From Diadema antillarum (Eukaryota): a stretch of 64,000 nt of DNA. The DNA lies in the NCBI RefSeq assembly GCF_040938485.1, contig NW_027271449.1:1612001-1676000 (forward strand), written 5' to 3'. This document shows positions 62,060 through 64,000 of this stretch, in pieces. Numbering within the stretch: position 1 is the stretch's first letter; each line of letters starts with the position of its first letter. Made by a program: the position numbers and the translations under genes. The notes under the pieces were generated by a model that saw only the letters and a list, made by a program, of their open reading frames with translations, had not been told where the DNA came from and made no database searches.

Positions 62060-62750
62060 TGCTGGGCTGGATTTCCTCTGAACGCTGTACACAAGGGCAT
62101 TCATGGGCTCTTTTTCTTTAAATGTATTGAATTGGTAAAGACATGCATTTTCAATGAGATGATCCCGTTCTCCCACTCTCGGGCATAGTGGCCATGATGC
62201 CCACAATTATAGCAGGGCCCATTTGGGGCGCGGGGCGCATTGATTGGGATCCCTGACTGGCTAATTCCATTTGTTTAAGTTTTTCCCAGAGTTCCCTGAC
62301 TTCTTTTTCGAATTCAAGATGATTTTCTTTTGGCTCATCAACTTGAGTGGCATGGGCACCTACTCTAGGTCGTGGGTGTTGGGGGGGTAGTGTGAAACTT
62401 GTGGAAGTCTTGTGTCTCTTGTTCGACTAGCCTAGATGCCCGAACTAGTTCACAAAGGATTGCACTACAACATATTTGTGGTGGATGGCCTGTTTTGTGA
62501 TCTCATCAGTTAGCCCCTTTCAGAACATGACGCGCAAAGTTTCATCTTTAGCAGTGGGAGAGAGCCTGCCCCTTTGCTCAGCTTTATCAACTGCAAGCTG
62601 CAGTCTTGCACTGTAGGCCGCTATCGACTCTCCTACATTCTGTTCCATTGAATAGAGTTGCTGGACCAGTACCGCTCCAGACTCCGCTCCAGACTCTACC
62701 GTCCAATAAAATCCCTCCAGTTTTTCGTCAATTTCATATACCCTCATATC
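62060..62750 (-). mobile_element. Decayed Gypsy/Ty3 gag (PNMA-like capsid + CCHC knuckle), possible protease start
   Basis: LYSMEQNVGESIAAYSARLQ...LRVMF*KGLTDEITKQAIHHKY...LVRASRLVEQE; knuckle CYNCGHHGHYAREW (last Cys changed to Trp) at about 62170-62215. Confidence 0.8.
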
Positions 62751-63121
62751 AAGTTTTTAAGTACATTGTAATTTTCTCTCTTTGTGCAAATTACATTGTC
62801 ACAATAAAAACGAATAAAAACAAATATTTCAATTAAGGCAATGAATAAAAAAAAGAAAGAAAAATAAATGCATAGGCCCACTTGAATACAACCCCCCCCC
62901 CCCAAACAAACAGTGAAAATCAAAATAACAGGGTTCGTTAATGTAATTATACATTGTACAAGATGAAATATCCAAGGGGTACATGAATCTGTCCTAATCT
63001 TACAACTATCTGGATGATTAAAGTCTCCTTGTAGCCATACAATGTACAGATGTAGATTACATGATTCCATCGAATGCTGTCAGTATTGCAATTATATGGT
63101 TAATTGCTTTTTTTAGCAAAC

Positions 63122-63415
63122 CTGCTTGTTCTCTAGAACTACTGGTACTTCCAGACGATGTCCTCTAATATCTCGCCTCGCAATGTGAAAAACTCGGAGG
63201 ACTGCTCTCGTTATGTAGACTTGCCTAAACTCATCTGAGTCGATTATACATCCATCGGGATACAAGTCTCTACACTTCGGAATTTTGCGGCAGCACAAAC
63301 ATTCCACAGCGGTCTTCATCACCGGGCAGTTGCTGCGGCAGAGGCACCACCTAATGTTTCCCCCTCCTATCAGGAACAGGAGTAGGATCGGGAGGTTGAG
63401 CAGCAGCTCCGACAT
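63122..63415 (-). pseudogene. N-terminal Cys-rich exon of a KolX / P2X7-ballast-like gene
   Basis: DRRGNIRWCLCRSNCPVMKTAVECLCCRKI...CIIDSDEFRQVYITRAVL, with a +1 frameshift in a G5 run at about 63360; donor CAG|gtttgc at 63121. Confidence 0.8.
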
Positions 63416-63483
63416 TTATTTATATTAATCGATGTCGATTTGATGTGGATCTTGAGGACCCCCTGAATAATTGAGACTGGGGC

Positions 63484-64000
63484 TTTGCGAGCTCACCTAA
63501 GCCGAAGGCTCAAGTGAGCTATTGCGATCGATCTTCGTCCGGCGTGCGGCGTGCGTCGTGCGTCGTGCGTCGGGTATTATCAAATTTGATAACAAGATAG
63601 TTTTACTCAATTACCTGTCATTCAAAATTGAAATTACCTTCTCTTCAAATTCTAAAACAATGTAGTGCAAATGTGGGCTACTACCTTCAGGCAAATTGTG
63701 TGCTGGAGTTAGCACATACACTTAGAAAGTTTCAATGATCCCTGGATTAAATAAATTTTAGACCATGGTTACATAATCTGTGGTCTACATGGCAAGATTA
63801 AGCGTGAATTTAGTGCTTTTTCATTCAGGAGCATTGGAACTTCTAAAGTGTATGTTCTAAATCAAGCTTACCGTACTTATCCCACAAAATGTGTCTAACC
63901 CATTGTCTGAATTAAACCATCTTTACAAATTCTGGCCTATAAGTTCACGTGGGCCTGGGAATTACGGAGAGTTTAGAGGCAAAAGCCTCTTCTATTGCCT
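63484..64000 (-). mobile_element. HINE/Helentron-like element (runs off the window)
   Basis: Hairpin AGCTCACC-TAAGCCGAAGGCTCAA-GTGAGCT followed by a (CGTCGTG)n microsatellite. Confidence 0.65.

Noticed and set aside
60480-63415. A genuine P2X7 receptor gene
   Set aside because: Only the Cys-rich ballast-like domain is present, with no P2X channel exons, and it is interrupted by stops and frameshifts.

Overview
AT-rich, microsatellite- and MITE-dense animal genomic DNA. It looks like a marine invertebrate, possibly an echinoderm, but that is only a guess from repeat content. No CRISPR array, rRNA or intact tRNA was seen. Two intact housekeeping genes sit head-to-head. On the minus strand is an SLC35A3-type UDP-GlcNAc transporter (7 coding exons, 33742->22405, 330 aa, probable non-coding exon 1 ending at 46513). 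On the plus strand is ATPAF1/ATP11 (10 exons, 49047->57481, 295 aa). The most striking structure lies between them: a 2241-bp non-autonomous hAT-like element with perfect 33-bp TIRs and an 8-bp TSD ends 43 bp upstream of the ATPAF1 ATG. Next to it is a 27-bp fused-ends remnant of the same element, so the TSD occurs three times; the insertion appears to split a formerly compact bidirectional promoter. The window also has CAG...CTG MITE families with 5-, 6-, 7- and 8-bp TSDs, a Helentron-like element carrying a dimeric higher-order satellite nested in one of these MITEs, several long hairpin elements, and a 290-bp tandem duplication. At the right end is a decayed cluster of Kolobok-type KolX (P2X7-ballast-like) and SWIM-YqaJ nuclease fragments plus a Gypsy gag remnant. 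All calls were made by eye; no database searches were run.
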